64,000 bases of DNA from Azolla caroliniana (GCA_043228905.1 JBHGNT010000014.1:4588001-4652000); one strand, 5' to 3'; counted from the first letter of the stretch, positions 21,439 to 36,700 are shown. Notes: generated by a model not told the origin, from the letters alone. Numbers and translations: made by a program.

Positions 21439-24400
21439 GGATATGTTGACCAAGGTGTTCACAAATGACAAGCTGGACGCGTGCCAAAAGCGGATCGAGT
21501 TTGCAAAGCATCCCATGTCAGAATGAAGGGAGAGATTGTTGGGAAATCGGTCTCTCCGGATGGGATCGGGTTATGAATGAAGAGGACCCGGTGAGAATCG
21601 GAAGAGAAGTCATATTTGTAAATATGTTTTGAGTAAGCCTATTGAGGCTATATTTTTAAATAGCCCTAAGTTCATATAAGTATAAATATGACATAGGGCA
21701 ATCACTATGTATATGTTATGAATGTTGTCATATTGTTGTATGTATAATTGTTGTATAGAGCGAGTGACAGAGAGAGAGTCAGATACAGAATTATTTCTGT
21801 TGTAACTGTCACTTGGCGAAGAAATAGAGCTCGAGGTCGTTGCCTTCGAGTCTTTGATTGTACCTTTCTCATATAGTGATAGTTCAGAGTTTGTGGGCTC
21901 CCGTGGTTTTTCCCTATTAGGGTTTTCCACATAAACATCATGTGTACTCTCTATAGAATCGTGTGTGTACGTGCGTTCACTCTCTATTTCCCATTTCTGT
22001 GTTTCATTCTCATTAAAGTGATTCAAGACTCGGTTGTGGCCGAGCAATATGTCCTGGTCTTCGCCTTCTTCTTCTGGTTGGCTCTATCCTTCTTGACTCT
22101 ACCACTGTCCCCACTTGTTTCGACTTTATCAGATGTGTCGACTTCTTCAGTCAACTCAGCCTTTTTCTTCTTGTCTCCGCTTGCTTCAGTTGTTTCCTTC
22201 TCTCCGGCTGCATGTCCGATGCCTTTACCTATTTTCCCAGTTGTCCTCGTACTAGTACTGTTCTCCCCTTCAATTGCGGCATGTCGAGATGCTGAATAAC
22301 AAGCATCTCCGAAAAATGCTACAACTTGTCGGTCCCAAGGGCCTTGGTGAAGATGTCATCAACCTGTCGATCTGTCTAGACATACCAGAGTTCGACTTCA
22401 TCGGTGAGGACCTGCTCGCACACAAAGTGATAATGCACTTCTATGTGCTTTGTCCGAGCATGGAAGACAGGGTTCTTAACCAGCTGCATGTTGGTCATGT
22501 TGTCGTAGTAGATCGGGATCAAAGTCGGCACTTTGATATGAAGTTCTTGTAGCAACCGTTGAAGCCAAATGGCTTCATAGGTGGCAATGATAACGCCACG
22601 ATATTCAGCCTTAGTGCTCGATAGAGCCATTATCGGCTACTTTTTACAGCTCCACGCAACAGTCATGATACTCAGGGTAAACATAAATCCGGATGTTGAC
22701 CGTCGATCCGACGCATCACCAGCCCAATCGGCATCTGTATATCTGACTAGTTTCTTAGTTATACCATGTCGGTATAACAGTCCCCAGTCCTTAGTGCCAC
22801 CTTTTGCATGAAGTGACTGATCGCTCCAACCAGATAGCTAATGTCGGATCGGGTGATCATTAAATAAATAAGGCTTCTGACAATTTGTCGGAACTGTTTC
22901 TCATCATAGGCTGGTCCGGAGTCGGGACGAAGCTTTAGGTTCCGGTCCAAGGGTGTGGAGATTGGTTGACAACATATTCAACACGTAATGTCTCTGTGAC
23001 AACAATATGCCATCAAGGGTATGGATCACTTCGATCCCGAGGAAGTAATGAAGATCCCCAGGTCCTTCATTTTGAATGTGTCTGACACATGGGACTTCAC
23101 TCGGTCGATTTCAGCGAGGCCGGGTCCAGTGATAACTAAATCATTCACATACAACAGGATACTTACCAGACCTTCTGAACCTTTCCGGATGAATAGTGAC
23201 GAGTCGGACTTGGAGGCCGCACGCCCCATCTGACGTAACCGGTGTGGGATTTTCGAGTTCCAAGCACATGGAGCTTGCTTCAGGCTGTAAAGTGACTTCT
23301 TGAGTCGGCACACTACCAACTTGTTCATCTCCGATTGAAATCTGGGGGGCTGGATCATGTAGACCTGTTCTTCAAGATCTCCTTGAAGAAACACATTCTT
23401 GACGTCCATTTGGTGAAGAGGACATCCCCTTGCCGCAACAACCGCTAGCACCACACGATCCGTCGTCATCTTCGCTACTAGAGCGAAGGTCTTGTTGTAG
23501 TCAATTTTGTGGGTCTACGCATATCCTTTGGCCACTAACCAAGCCTTGTACCGGTTGACCGAACCATCAACATTATACTTTACCTTGTACACCCACTTTG
23601 CAACCAATCGGTTTGCAATGTCGAGGTGGGTCAACCAAGTCCCATGTGTCGTTGGCATCAATTGCCCGCATCTCTTCCTCCATAGTGGCACGCCAATGTG
23701 CATCATTTGCCTCTTCTACATAGCTCTCCAGCTCACGCACCTCTGCCACTTTCTTCATGCATGCATAGAGATGCGCCATGTACTCATTATATCCATACCT
23801 TTTTACGGGGTTCTCCTGGCGGGCCAATCGGCACAGTTTCTCCGACTCAGACTTCTCTTCTAAAGATCCGTATTTGTTCTTTCTAGAATCTGATTCACTC
23901 CAATCTGACTCATCTCTGCCGGCGTCATACTTCGGCATCTTCTTCTTCCCCTTTTCTTTGAGCGTGAACCGTCTCCCCGGTTCCGTATGCCGAGAAAGCA
24001 CGGCTAAGTCTCCACTACTCGTCGGCTCGTCATCGGATTGGTCGTGCCGACTTAGTCGTTCATTCGGCCCGCTCAGCCAAAATGAAATCAAACTCTCATC
24101 TAGAGTACCGAAGATTTCTTCTTCTTCTCCCCAGATTATCTCCGGCTCACTGTCCTCATCTTCTGGAATCGGGTCGGAGTCGGAGGTTGGAGTTGGTACA
24201 TGATGCCAATTCATCAAATTTGACATCTTGGCTTACTCAAACTGTCTTTGTCTGGGGGATGTAGCACTTATACCCCTTCTACTCATGTGCGTCACCGACT
24301 AGAATGCACTTCTCTGACTTTGGGTCCAGCTTCCTCCGCTTCTCATCCAGTACATGCACATAGGCAATGCTACCGAATATCCTCATGTGTCTTAAGTTCG

Positions 24401-27400
24401 GCATCCGCCCGAAATATAGTTCATGTGCTGATAGCTTCTCCCCAATCTGGTTTTGGATGTAGACAGTTGTCCTGATTGCTTCGGCCCAGTAGAATTTGAA
24501 CATGCTCTTCTCTTCTAGCATTGCCCAAGGCGCCTCCACAATAGACCGGTTCTTCCTTTTGGCCACACCATTTTGTTCCGGTGTGTATCTACAACTGGAT
24601 TCCCTCTTGTAAAGAATCAAGAGTGATTCAATACAGCGGAAGAACTATGGGTGTGTGTGTATGTGCACATGAGACAAGAGAGAGAATGAGAGAGAGAGAG
24701 AGAGTTCTAAAACAAGAAACTGTATACTACATCCAATAGTAACTAAGTTACAAAAGGTTGGTTTAAATACCAACTGATCTAGGGAAAGTGCCCTTTCTAC
24801 TAATTACAAATCTAGCCTAGTATGATGTCCACTGGCTAGTGTGAACACTGTTTCTATGGGAAGTTGAGTTCGATTCCCAACACGCCCCTTCGAACACAAC
24901 TTTCAGATGTCAAAAGGTTGTTTTGGTTCGGTCTTCGAAATACTTCGATTCGACTGAATCGGTCTCGACTTCGCTTTTCAATTTTGGTTTTCAACATGGC
25001 TTACGATTTCTCTTTTCGATTTCGATTGTTCAATTGTTTGTTCATACTTTGACTCCTCTGGTTGGCTTCGATCGATTGATTGGTTACTTCTGCTTCTCGG
25101 TTGCTTCCATGTCAACTGTTGTACTCCCCCTCAAGCTCGGCAATGTAGAGATTGTGAGACCAAGGTCCAATGCGAATTGCCCGAGCTTGTCTATTCCTAA
25201 GGCCTTCATAAAGATGTTCGCAAGTTGAAGGTTCGTATTGATGTGTTGGTGATCGATTTCGTCGGCCTGACCTCGCTCGCGAATGAAGTGGTGGTGCACT
25301 TCAATGTGTTTAGTCCACGCGAGGAATATCAGGTTCCGAGCGAGGTAGATGTTGCTCATGTTGTCGCAAAAGAGGCGATTTGGATCTGTAATGGGAACGC
25401 CTATGTCCTTCAAGATGCGTTTGAGCCAGACAACTTTGCACGCGGCGACTTCTGCACCCCTATATTCGGCCTCCGTGGTAGACAGTGCAACTGTCGGTTG
25501 TTTCTTGCTGCTCTAGGAGATCGCTCTACTATAGAGGGAGAAGACGAATCCGGAAGTGGATCACCTATTGGCCTTAAAACCAGCCCAGTCTGCGTCCGTG
25601 TACCCTTCAAGTTGAATAAGCGTATCCGACTTATACATGATGCCATAATCCATCGTCGTACTAACATACCAAAGTATCCTCTTAGCGCAATCAAGATGAT
25701 CATTTCATGGGTTCTGTATGAATTGGCTAAGTAGTCCGACTGAATAGCTGAGATCAATTGTCGATACTAAGTCGGATCGCACTCAGTTGTGCCCAAATCG
25801 ACATCAAGCTTGAGATTTCGGTTGAGAGGGGTAGCCACATGTTTGCACTCGATCATTCCGAACTTGTAGAGTAAGTTGAGAATGTAGTGTTGTTGAGAGA
25901 TCAATATCCCGACTGGTGTTTGAATTACTTCGATGCCAAGAAAGTAATGTAGCTCGTGCAGGTCTTTCATTTCGAATCTGCCGGATAGGAGGGATTTGAC
26001 CTTAATGATCTCTGCTAGATCCTTTCCTCTAATTACTAGGTCATCCACGTATAGGATAATGACAATCAGGTTGTGAGGTTTGTTTCGGATGTACAGGGAG
26101 TTTCCGATTTCGACCTTCGAAAGCTAATTTGGTGAAGATACTAAATGATCTTTGAATGCCAAGCACGCGGTGCTTGCTTGAGGCCATCGATTGGCTTCTT
26201 GAGTCGGCACACAGCTTTCCGATGAGTACGGGATTTTAAGCCGGGTGGTTATACCATATACACCTCCTCTTCCAATTCGCCTTGAAGAAAGGCGTTCTTG
26301 ACATCCATTTGGTGGAGATGCCACCCTTTCACGGCTGCGAGTGCAATTACGGTCCGTACAATCGTCATCTTTGCCACTGGGGTAGAGGTCTCCTTGTAAT
26401 AGAATTTGTGCGTTTGTGTGTATCCTGTTATGACGAGTCGTGCTTTGAAGTGATTTACGGAGCTGTCGGTATTGTGTTTCACTTTGTAAATCAATCTGCA
26501 ACCAATTGCTTTCTTGTACGGAGATTGAGGAACAAGATCTCATGTCTCGTTTTTGCATAAGTCTTGCATTTCTTCATTCATCGCGTCGACCCAATGGGGG
26601 TCCTTCACAGGTTCGGAGAGTGTTTCTAGCTCTCAGACAGTCACTACCTTCATAATAAAGGTGTAATGATATGCCATGTACTCATCGTAGCCGAATCAAT
26701 TTATGGGGTTCTTTTCACGGGTGGACCGCCGTAGCTTCTCATTCGCGGAGACTAATGTTTTCTTTGCTCCATTCATTTGGATGATCAGGATGTCCAGGCC
26801 TTTGAACTCACTGTCAAGGGGGTGAGTTGACTCATTGTCGATTGGATCTTCGTATTCAGACATCTTGGCCTTCCCTTTGTCGAGTTTTGGACTCGGTTGA
26901 GATGTGCTTTGGTCACTCGGGGGCTCCCATGGTCCACTAAGCCTTGTCGTAATCAGACTTTCTTCAAACACATGTTTGACTCAAAATTCGTCTTCTATCT
27001 CTCGTTTGGCCGATTCTAGGTCGATTGGAGTAGAAATCGAAGTCGTCTCTGGATCGTACTAGGATGCTGACTCGTCGAAAACAACGTCTCGACTTACTCG
27101 AGCTTTTCGGGTAGATGGGTTGTAGCATTTGTACCCCTTCTGTTCGAGCGAGTACCCTACAAGGATACATTTCTCCGACTTCGGGTCGAGCGTTTGTCAC
27201 GTCTCGTCGGGAATATGCACGTAGGTGATTGAGCCGAAAATCCGGACATGTGATAAGTCCGGGGTCTTTCCAAAAAACCTCTCATGAGGGGTTACATCGT
27301 GTACCCCAAAGGTTGTACACCTATTCTCGAGATATACGGCCGTGTTCGTTGCTTCTACCCAGTACGATTTCGGCAGGTTCTTCTCATTCATCATTGCCCA

Positions 27401-29794
27401 TGCAACCTCTACTATGTGCCGATTCTTCCGTTCGGCTACACCATTTTGCTGAGGTGTATGTTGACACGAGAATTCTCATCGTATTCCTTCCTTTTGGAGA
27501 TATGTCGTAAACTCGTCCGAGAAATATTCTTCGCCTCCATCCGATCGAAGGCAGCATACATGCCGACTCGTGGCTTTTTCGACTTCGTTTTTGAACCTTT
27601 GGAAATGACCGAACACTTCATTCTTCTATTTCATCGAGTAGAGCCAAGTATGCTTGGAGAAGTCGTTGATGAACGTGACATAATATCGGTAACCACCGAA
27701 TGTTGTCGTCGGGGCTGGTTTCCACACATCTGAATGCCCTACATCCAGGATCCCTTTGCTCACATTCCTCTCTTTCGGGAATGGATGTCAGTGTTGTTTT
27801 CCAAACCAGCGTGCCTCACATACACCTATAATCTCCTTCTCAACAAATGTTGGGAGTCTGATTATGACTCCTTTTGACTGCATGTTCTAGAGCTTTTGAA
27901 GATTGATGTGGTCGATTCTCTTGTGCCATAGTTTCAAGTCTATTTCGACTTTGAGGCCTTTTGCAAACATAACCGATTTCACTTCCTCTGATTTGAGAAT
28001 GCACATTCGGCCTTCTTGGCGACCGTGCGCTATAATTTGATCGTCCTTTTCGATGAAGTGCCCTTCATTATTGAATCGTACTTGCATACCTTGTTCCATA
28101 ATCTGGTCGACCGAGACCAAGTTTTTCGTGATGGTTGGAACTTGGGACATGCAAGAAGTTCTTGAGGTAGGTTTGTTTGCCTTCATTTCCGAATGGAACA
28201 TTCCTAACATGCCGAATTGGGTGAGTCATATCATCTCTGGTTTCGACATAGCCGAGTTGATCGGGCTTTCGTAATTCTCGGAACCAATCTTCATGGGACG
28301 TCATGTGATTGGATGCTCCTGAGTTGACAAACCATATGCTATCTGAAGAAGTGGTGCTAATCGGGGCCTGTGCTGACATCCAGTGTGATTCATGCCTCAT
28401 TATGAACATCCTGCCACGATCGTCGTAGTCGGAATTCGAAGCGTAGTTTGTGAGTTGTCAGCTAGTCGAAGTCGAGTCTTGTATCTTTTTCCGGCACTCC
28501 TCTTCATAGTGGGCTTGTTTTCCACAATACCCACATTCGATCGGGTTGTTATGATTGCTCGGTCCGGCGGGGTGGCTCCCCCTTATACCAAACTCCTTGG
28601 GACTATTTCTATCCTCTTGCCATTGGTGGAAGTTATGCTATTGGGTCGGCTGACCATGTCGGCCTCGTCCGAATCAACCTGTGTTTCCACGGCCAAATCC
28701 TCTTCTATCATCCGACTGTGAGTAGAGCATCTGACCATCAAGCACATTGTTCCTTTGTCGAACCTGATTTTCTTCGACCAACAGAATCAATTGAAGGTCG
28801 AAAAAGGAAGGAGGGTTCTCCCTTGCAAGAATAGCCGAATCGAGGTGCCAAGCTGTCAAGGCATATTTGCACCATTTCGTCATCGTCGATTACGACATTA
28901 ATCGAACCGACAACATTGCACATCTCCATGAGCTTCAAGGTATAGCCGGTGATCGACATGTCCCTCTGTTGCATGTTGTTTAGCTCCTATCAAAGTTGGA
29001 GCTTTCGTGTAGTCATATTGGCCGCAAAATCTTCTTGAGATTTCCCCAAGCTTTGTTCGATGTTTTCGAATCTCGAATATAGCCGAGCATGTGGTCATGA
29101 ATGCATGACGCAAGGCGGTACAACACAGGGTTCGTGGCCTACTCCCACACTAGGTAGTCGGCGTGTGTCGGGTTGGGTTACGTTTCGTGAGCTACGTCGA
29201 TGTAGCTCCAGTAACCTTGTCAGACAAGGTATCGATGCATCTTGTACTCCCAAGATGCAAAGTTTGTTCTATCGAGCTTCTCTGTGGGAACAACGCTTCC
29301 CATCTGGGTATTCATTGTCGAACTTCTTCTACTCTTGATGCGAGCTGTGCAAAAATCGTTGCTACAACGATCAGTCAGTTCTCTACAAGCTTGAGCACGA
29401 CACACGTGAAGGCAATGTGGTTGGATCAAGCTACCACACGCTCTGATACCATTGTTAATGGGTGGGGGGTGAAGCCTATGGGTGGGGGGTGAAGCCATTC
29501 TGGGGGGGTGAAGCCTAGAATGGCTTCACCCCCCCAAGTTGTCTTGTTTGTGAGTAACTACTCTCCAAAGCCAGATGAAAGCCGTTGATCTGAACTCGAA
29601 TGATGAGTGGATTAACATGGCCATGGCTGGTGTTCCACCACATCTGATCATGAAGAGTGCTTTGAAAGGGATTGCTTTCTGGATTGGACAGAAGGATGTT
29701 GAAACGCAGCTAATAGTGAAGAAGGCTCAGCATTTGTGACAGAGATATAATGAAATGCATGCAAAGTTTGTGGAGAAGATGGAGCTTGCTCCAG

Positions 29795-29986
29795 TAGCTT
29801 ACAAGAAAGTGATGAGGCAAGCTTAGTCTATTAGTAATGAATATGATAAACTGAAGCAGTCCACAATACAACCATCCTGTAGAGATCCATTAGCTTACAA
29901 GAAAGTGATGAGGCAAGCTTAGTCTATCAGTAATGAATATGATAAACTGAAGCAGTCCACAATACAACCATCCTGTAGAGATCCAT
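29795..29986. repeat. 96-bp tandem duplication within D
   Basis: TAGCTTACAAGAAAGTG...GAGATCCAT at 29795 and 29891. Confidence 0.9.
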
Positions 29987-30393
29987 TTCCCATACAGAAA
30001 GGAGTACAACCAATGTTTTTTGAGCCTTCAGGATTTGAAGATTTATCTACACACTATTTATGTCTTGGTGCTTAATCTACTATTGCTCCAGTGACTCCTG
30101 ATTTCTGGCCTATAACGAGACCTCGAGCTCTTCCTGACCACAATAACCTTTTGAACAACAGGATACCATAACAAAATTCAACCATGAAGTCAGCCAGATT
30201 GTTCTGGGGTTCATCCAATGCTCTCCCAAACTTGCTTCTTTCACCTATGAAGAGATCATCCTCCAGATTGGGAACAGGATATACGTATGAACATAATAGA
30301 AGCTAAGGAATGAGAATGCAAAAAACGTAATCCATCTACTTTTGTGGTGAATGTCTGCCGAATCTCTTGATCAATAATGTAAAAGATGAGAAG

Positions 30394-30689
30394 TGTTGAG
30401 TGACAAGCTCAACATTGAGTGTGTAATACGGTGCGTAACCCAGTGCATAGACTAGGTGCGTAAAATAGTATGCATAACGTGGCCGTATCGGTTGGTAAAC
30501 CGGAAGGCCATTAGTATGGTATTCCTCGTAAGGAATAATTTTGGGAGTTAGTGTAGTAGGCTCATTTATGAGCATTCAAGTACTGTCAATACTTTTGTCA
30601 GCCCGATAGTCAAGGCTTGTATAAAAGGTGCTCACTGAGCACGAAGAATGTATAGACTAAGTATTATTTTTGAATTGAGTTGTGTGTAT

Positions 30690-30737
<48 letters not shown>

Positions 30738-33700
30738 GCGCTGTGTATATTTAAGCTCTCCATTAAACGTGCGTATTTTTTGTGTTCATTTTTCTACTTG
30801 CTTCTGCATGCTATTCTTTACATGGTATCAGAGCACGAGGGTTGAGAACCTCTGCAGCCGACATAGCTTGAAAGGAAAACCAACCAAGAAGAACCGATAA
30901 AACCGATGGATAGAGGAATGGCTAGCTCACTTCCGACGGAGAAGCTCGACAGAAACAACTACGCGTCTTGGTCCTACAAGATGCACCAGTACCTGCTTGG
31001 GCACGGTTACTACAGCTATGTCGACAGACCAAATGACACAGCACCCGATTCGACACACAAAGACTTCCCGGCTTGGGAACAAAGCGAGTAGAGTCCTCTA
31101 CTGCTTCGCGTCTTGTGTGGGCGAACAACTTCTAAGCTACATTCAGGATGTGAAAACGCCGAAAGATGCTTCGGGAAATCTGAAGAAGATTTTCGCCGCA
31201 AGCACCACAGCTAAGAAGCTTCAACTCCGCGAGGAGCTGAGCAACTTACAACAACACGACTTGTCGGTGGCTGATTACACCTCGAAGATCAAAGAGATAT
31301 GTGACTGCTTAGCCTCTATCGATGTGAACGTTGAGGAAGGCGAGATGGTGCAGATCTGTCTCGAGGGACTAGCGTCAAAGTTCGGAGCGTTCTAAACTGA
31401 TGTGTGTACACGAGAGAACACGTCGTCCTTTTTCGAACTACACTCAATGCTCCTTATAGAGGAGAACCACGCGGGTGCGTCAACGAGCACGCACACCAAC
31501 AACAAGATGTTGTACATGGAGGGAGATAGGCCCCATGGATGTGGCGGACGAGGCGAGTTGGTGTGCAATGGAGGCGGCCAACGGGACCAAGGAAGAAGGC
31601 ACCGAAGTGATGCCGCTAGCAATTCCGGACCCTCCGAAAATAGGGGGAGTCGAGGCGATGAGAACCGGCAAGGGAAATCCACCGCGGAATGCTAGTACTG
31701 TGGCAAGAAAGGCCACAGGGAGAGCGAGTGTTGCAAAAATCACACCGATTCGGAGAGAACCGGGTCCGGATCAGGTTCCGGACTGACCGACAAAGGAAAT
31801 CGGCAGCGATTGCACTACGACGAAGGATCCGGAAAAGCCGGAAAAGGGTCAGCCTTCGTAACAAGATACGAAGCAAACTCGATGAAGAAGATCACCCCGA
31901 AGTCGGACAAGGTGTGGTACGTCGACTCCGGCGCGTCAAACCACATGACGTGCCACAAGGAGTGGTTCTCATACTTGGAAAAACCGATGCAACCGGGAGT
32001 AGTCGCAACCGAAGACGACACTCCACATCCGATCTTGAATGTCGGTGAAGTTCCCCTGAGCCATGTCGGGCAAAAAAGGAAACTCATGAACGTGTTACAC
32101 GTTCTGACAATCACGAAGAACCTGGTGTCAGTCGAACAGATTGTTGACCAGGGTATGTAGGTCCGGTTTATGCATCTCGGGTGCATCATCGAGGAAGAAG
32201 GCTGAGTTATTGCACAAGGGCGTAGGGACGGGAGGATGTTCATCCTCGACTCCAGTGACGGTGGCACCGCAATGTTTGCAAAGGGAAAAAAAGTCGAGTC
32301 AGATATTGACTTGTGGCACAAGCGGATAGGCCACGTCAACTATCAACAACTTCAAGACCTGCAATCGAAACAAGTGGTGTTCGGATTACCCAAATTTAGT
32401 GGCCAGAGGGCACAAATTTATGAAGCCTGCCAGCTAGGGAAGCAACACCAACTTCCTTTCCCAAACGAGCGTAACCGGAGCCGGAACAAGCTCGACTTGA
32501 TACATTCCGATGTATGGGGACTGGCACAAAACGTTAGTCTTGGCGGGAGCCTATATTTTTTCTCCTTCATCGACGACTATACGCGGCACATGTGGATCTA
32601 CCTCATCGAGAAGAAGAGCGAAGTCTTCGACTGTTTCCAGGACCTCAAAAGGTTCGTGAAAACGGAAACAGGAAGAAAGATCAAGTGTCTGCGGTCGGAT
32701 GGCGGAAAAGAGTACTTTTCCGGTCAACTCAACGGCTATCTGCAACAGATGGGAATTTGGCGCGAATTCAATTGTAGATACACGCCGGAGCAAAACGGCG
32801 TGGCCGAGAGGAAGAACCGGTCGATTGTAGAAGTGGCACGAGCAATGTTGGAGGAGAAGAGCTTGCCCAAGTTCAACTGGGCCGAAGCGGTTCGGACTGC
32901 GGTCTACATCCAGAACCGGATCGGAGAAAAAGTGTCGGTGCATGAGCTATACTTCGGAACGAAGCCGAATTTGCGACACTTAAGAGGTTTCGATAGCATT
33001 GTGTATGTGCATGTACCGAAGGAGAAACGGAGGAAGCTAGACGCGAAAGCGGAGAAGTGTATCTTGGTCAGCTATTCGGACGAGCAGAAGGGTTATAAGT
33101 GTTATAACCCTCGCACCAAACAAGCGCGTGTGAGCCGCGACGTTGTGTTTGACGAGTCCGCATCCTGGTACTTGCCTCCGACTCCGGATCTCACCTCCAA
33201 TCCGAGTTCTGACGATGAGGTCAACGAGGCCTCCGAATAAGCCTGAAATCGGGACCCGCGGAGAGAGTCCGATTTCGTTTTGGTTAAGCGGACCGGATGG
33301 ACGCTTGAGTCGGTTCGACCAATCCGATGAAGAGCCGGCGAGTAGTGGAGACTCGGCCGTGCATTCCCCGCGCAGGAAGTCGAGGAGACGGTTTCCACTC
33401 AAGGGAAAAGGGAAGAAGAAGGTGTCAGATTCCAGCACGGATAGGAACGAGTCGGATCGACGCAAGTTCGACTCCGAGGAAAGCGGTGACGGGTCTTCAA
33501 GAGTGAAGTCCGCGTTGGCCGAGAAGGCCTCGACATCGGCTAATGAACAATTACGCCGATCTACCTGCCAGAAGAACCCTGTTGTGCGGTTTGGATACAA
33601 CGAGTACATGGCGCATCACTATGCGTGCATGACCCGTGTAGCTGAAGTGCGTGAGCTAGAGAGCTACGCATAAGCGGCGAAGGACGCGAACTGGCGTGTT

Positions 33701-36700
33701 GCGATGGACAAAGAGATGCACGCACTGGCGGCCAACAAAACCTAGGACCTGGTTGACGCACTGAAGGGTGTGAAGCCGATTGGATGTAGGTGGGTGTACA
33801 AAGTCAAGTACAACACCGACGGCTCAGTCAACCGATACAAGGCCTGGTTAGTAGCAAAAGGATACATGCAGAAACACGGTGTCATGAAAATCCGTCACTA
33901 TGTGCGGATCGTGAGACAGAACCGTCGGGGTTCTGGACTAGAAGGATTTAGCGCAACATGTACAACACAAGCAAGTTTTAAGCATAAGACAAGAGGGAGA
34001 AACAAATCATTAGTTTATTGCAAAAGAAAATCGATTCTTTATCATTTCAGAATCGTGTTACAATGGGTTGGGTATGGAAATGAGAGATTAATTTTTCAAA
34101 GAAAGGAGCCAACAACCATGCAAGGAGTGGTCCGATATGAATACAAGAGATCATTTTTGACAAGAAAGATCAAGTAAACAAAGCTAGGAGTTTGATATCA
34201 ATATGTGAGATAATTTGTTTCTCGAATCCGAGAGGGAAGAAGAAGGAAGAAAACAAAACTAGGAGGGAAAAAAAATGGGACATATATCAAGCTCCTCGTT
34301 GCTCCTCCTCCCCAATGTTACTTTGCATGCCCACTTTTAGTTGGATGGCCTCTATTTTTAGTTGCATGGCCTCTGCTTTTAGTTGCATGCTTCCATTTTT
34401 AGATGCATGCCTTTTACTTTTAGTTGCATGGCCTTGGCTTTTGGTTGCATGCGATTGTCCGTATAATTCGGCCAAATGACACAATCATCCATAAAGTTTA
34501 GCCCGTGCGCAATACGTACGTGCGTCGCAACCAAACCGTAGACATGTCCGTGCGCAAAAGTCTCGACCGCGTAGTAGTGTACGCATCCATGCATGCGCGC
34601 GTCCCGATCGCGCCGTAGTGTACGCATCCACGCGCGCACGTCCAACCTGAACCATGTACGCATCCGCGCGCAAAAGTCTCAACCGCACCGTAGTGTACGC
34701 ATCCACGCATGTGCACACACGTAGTGTACGCGTGTGTGCGTCCGCGCGCTTGTCCGCACATATGCGTTTATCCGAAACGTCCACGCGTATGTTCATGCAT
34801 GCGCGCGTACGCACACACGCGTCTGCACATATGCGTTCGTCTAAAACGTCCACGCGTACGCCCGAAACTTGCACATGCGCGTACGTCCGAAAACGTCCTC
34901 GCGGCCATGCACACGCGCGTACGCTCGAAGCGTTTCGTGCATACACGCATATGCCCGTAGCGTGCACACCACATAGTGTAGCCCAAGTCACCTTGAACAT
35001 TCTATGTTCCACACATTGATATAATGAATATGTTTTGGTTTCCCTTATATATTCTAGGTTCCAATGTTGTCCTATCTATGTGGGATATCCCACAATTTTG
35101 TCTTGTCTTTTCTTTTTCTTCAAACTTCACACTCACATAGCTTGATACTTGTTTATCCGTTTCATGCGTAGTAAAATACGCTATGAAACTCTTGAAGACA
35201 TATATCTATATGAATACCTTAAGCTAATCTTAAATAAATGGTTTACAAGTTTTCATATCGTGTGTGGAAAACCACATGACAACGGCATTGACTACGATCA
35301 GACGTTTGCGTCGGTCGCGAAGATAATGACCGTCCATGTTTTGCTCGCACTAGCTGCGGCAAAGGGGTGGCACTTACATCAAATGGATGTAAAGAATGTG
35401 TTCCTGCAAGGTGAGCTTGAGGAACAGGTGTACATGGTACAGCCCCCCGGATTTCACTCCGGAACGAACACCTTGGTGGTGTGCTGGTTGAAGAAGTCCC
35501 TTTACGGACAAAAGCAAGCCTCGCGTGCCTAGAATGCGAAGATCACGCAATGATTGCGTCGGATGGGCTTTGCTACATCAAAATCGGAATCCTCACTGTT
35601 CATGCGAAAAGGTCGACTCGGGCCGGTTAGCATTTTACTTTATGTCGATGACTTGGTCGTCACCGGTGCCGACCTAGGTGAGATTGACCGCGTGAAGCTC
35701 CAGCTTGCGGCATCATTCAACATGAAGGATCTGGGGGACCTTCATTACTTCCTCGGGATCAAAGTGATCCGCACCCCCGAAGGCATACTGATCAGCCAAC
35801 GGCATTACGTGCTGAGTATGCTCTTCAAATTTGGGATGGCCGACTGTAAGTCCGTCTCGACTCCTCTGGATAGAACCGTCAAGCTTCGCCCCGATTCCGG
35901 AAAGGTATGCGACCTGGCGAGGTCCCGACAGATAGTCGGAAGCCTCATATACTTGACAATCACCCGACCCAACCTCAGTTACCCGGTCGGGGTGATCAGT
36001 CAGTTCATGACGCGACCGACTGAGGGGCACCTTCAGTGTGCGCAACACATACTTTGGTATGTCAGCGGCACTAAGGATTGGGGGCTACTATATCAGACAG
36101 GTATAGCCGCGCAGTTGGTCGGCTACACCGATGTTGATTGGGCCAGCAATGCCGTCGATCGCCGGTCCACATACGGATTCCCATTCTCTCTTGGGAGTGT
36201 CGCAATCGCGTGGAGCAGTAAGAAGCAGCCGACAGTAGCATTGTCGAGCATAGAGGCTGAGTATCGAGGGGCGATTGTCGCCATGTGCGAAGTCATTTGG
36301 CTAAAACGGCTATTGCATGATCTGCATGTAGAGGTGTCCGATCCGACGACGATCTATTGCGACAACCTCAGTAGTATCCACCTTGCGAAAAACCCTGTAT
36401 TCTATGCCCAGACCAAGCACATTGAGATGCATTACCATTTTGTCCACGAGCGGGTCCTTTCAGGTGAAGTCGAACTAGTGCATGTTCCAACTGATAGGCA
36501 ACTTGCCGACATCTTCACCAAGCCTCTAGGTCTCGACAAGTTACGGCATTTCTCGGGTGAGCTTGGGTTGCTTCACCTCGATACGCTGAACTTGAGGGGG
36601 AGAAAGGAAGACGAACTGGAACAAGAGTGTGAAAGGAGCAGAGGTGGTCATCACAGCGGAAGTGACCATGACACGGAATCGGATGAAGAACTTGATTTCG

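Larger units (their letters stand above)
16797..22050 (+). mobile_element. Degenerate Ty1/copia A1 inserted in the B1 tail
   Basis: LTRs 16797-17329 and 21537-22050 (3' LTR lacks its last ~20 bp); Met-type PBS at 17333; gag 17360-18070; RT LYVDDML; RH ALSTTEVEY; many stops. Confidence 0.9.

Noticed and set aside
34287-35012. Heptad-like or Arg/Ala/Cys-rich proteins in the solo LTR
   Set aside because: Translations of 21-bp and RY minisatellites, with no independent coding evidence
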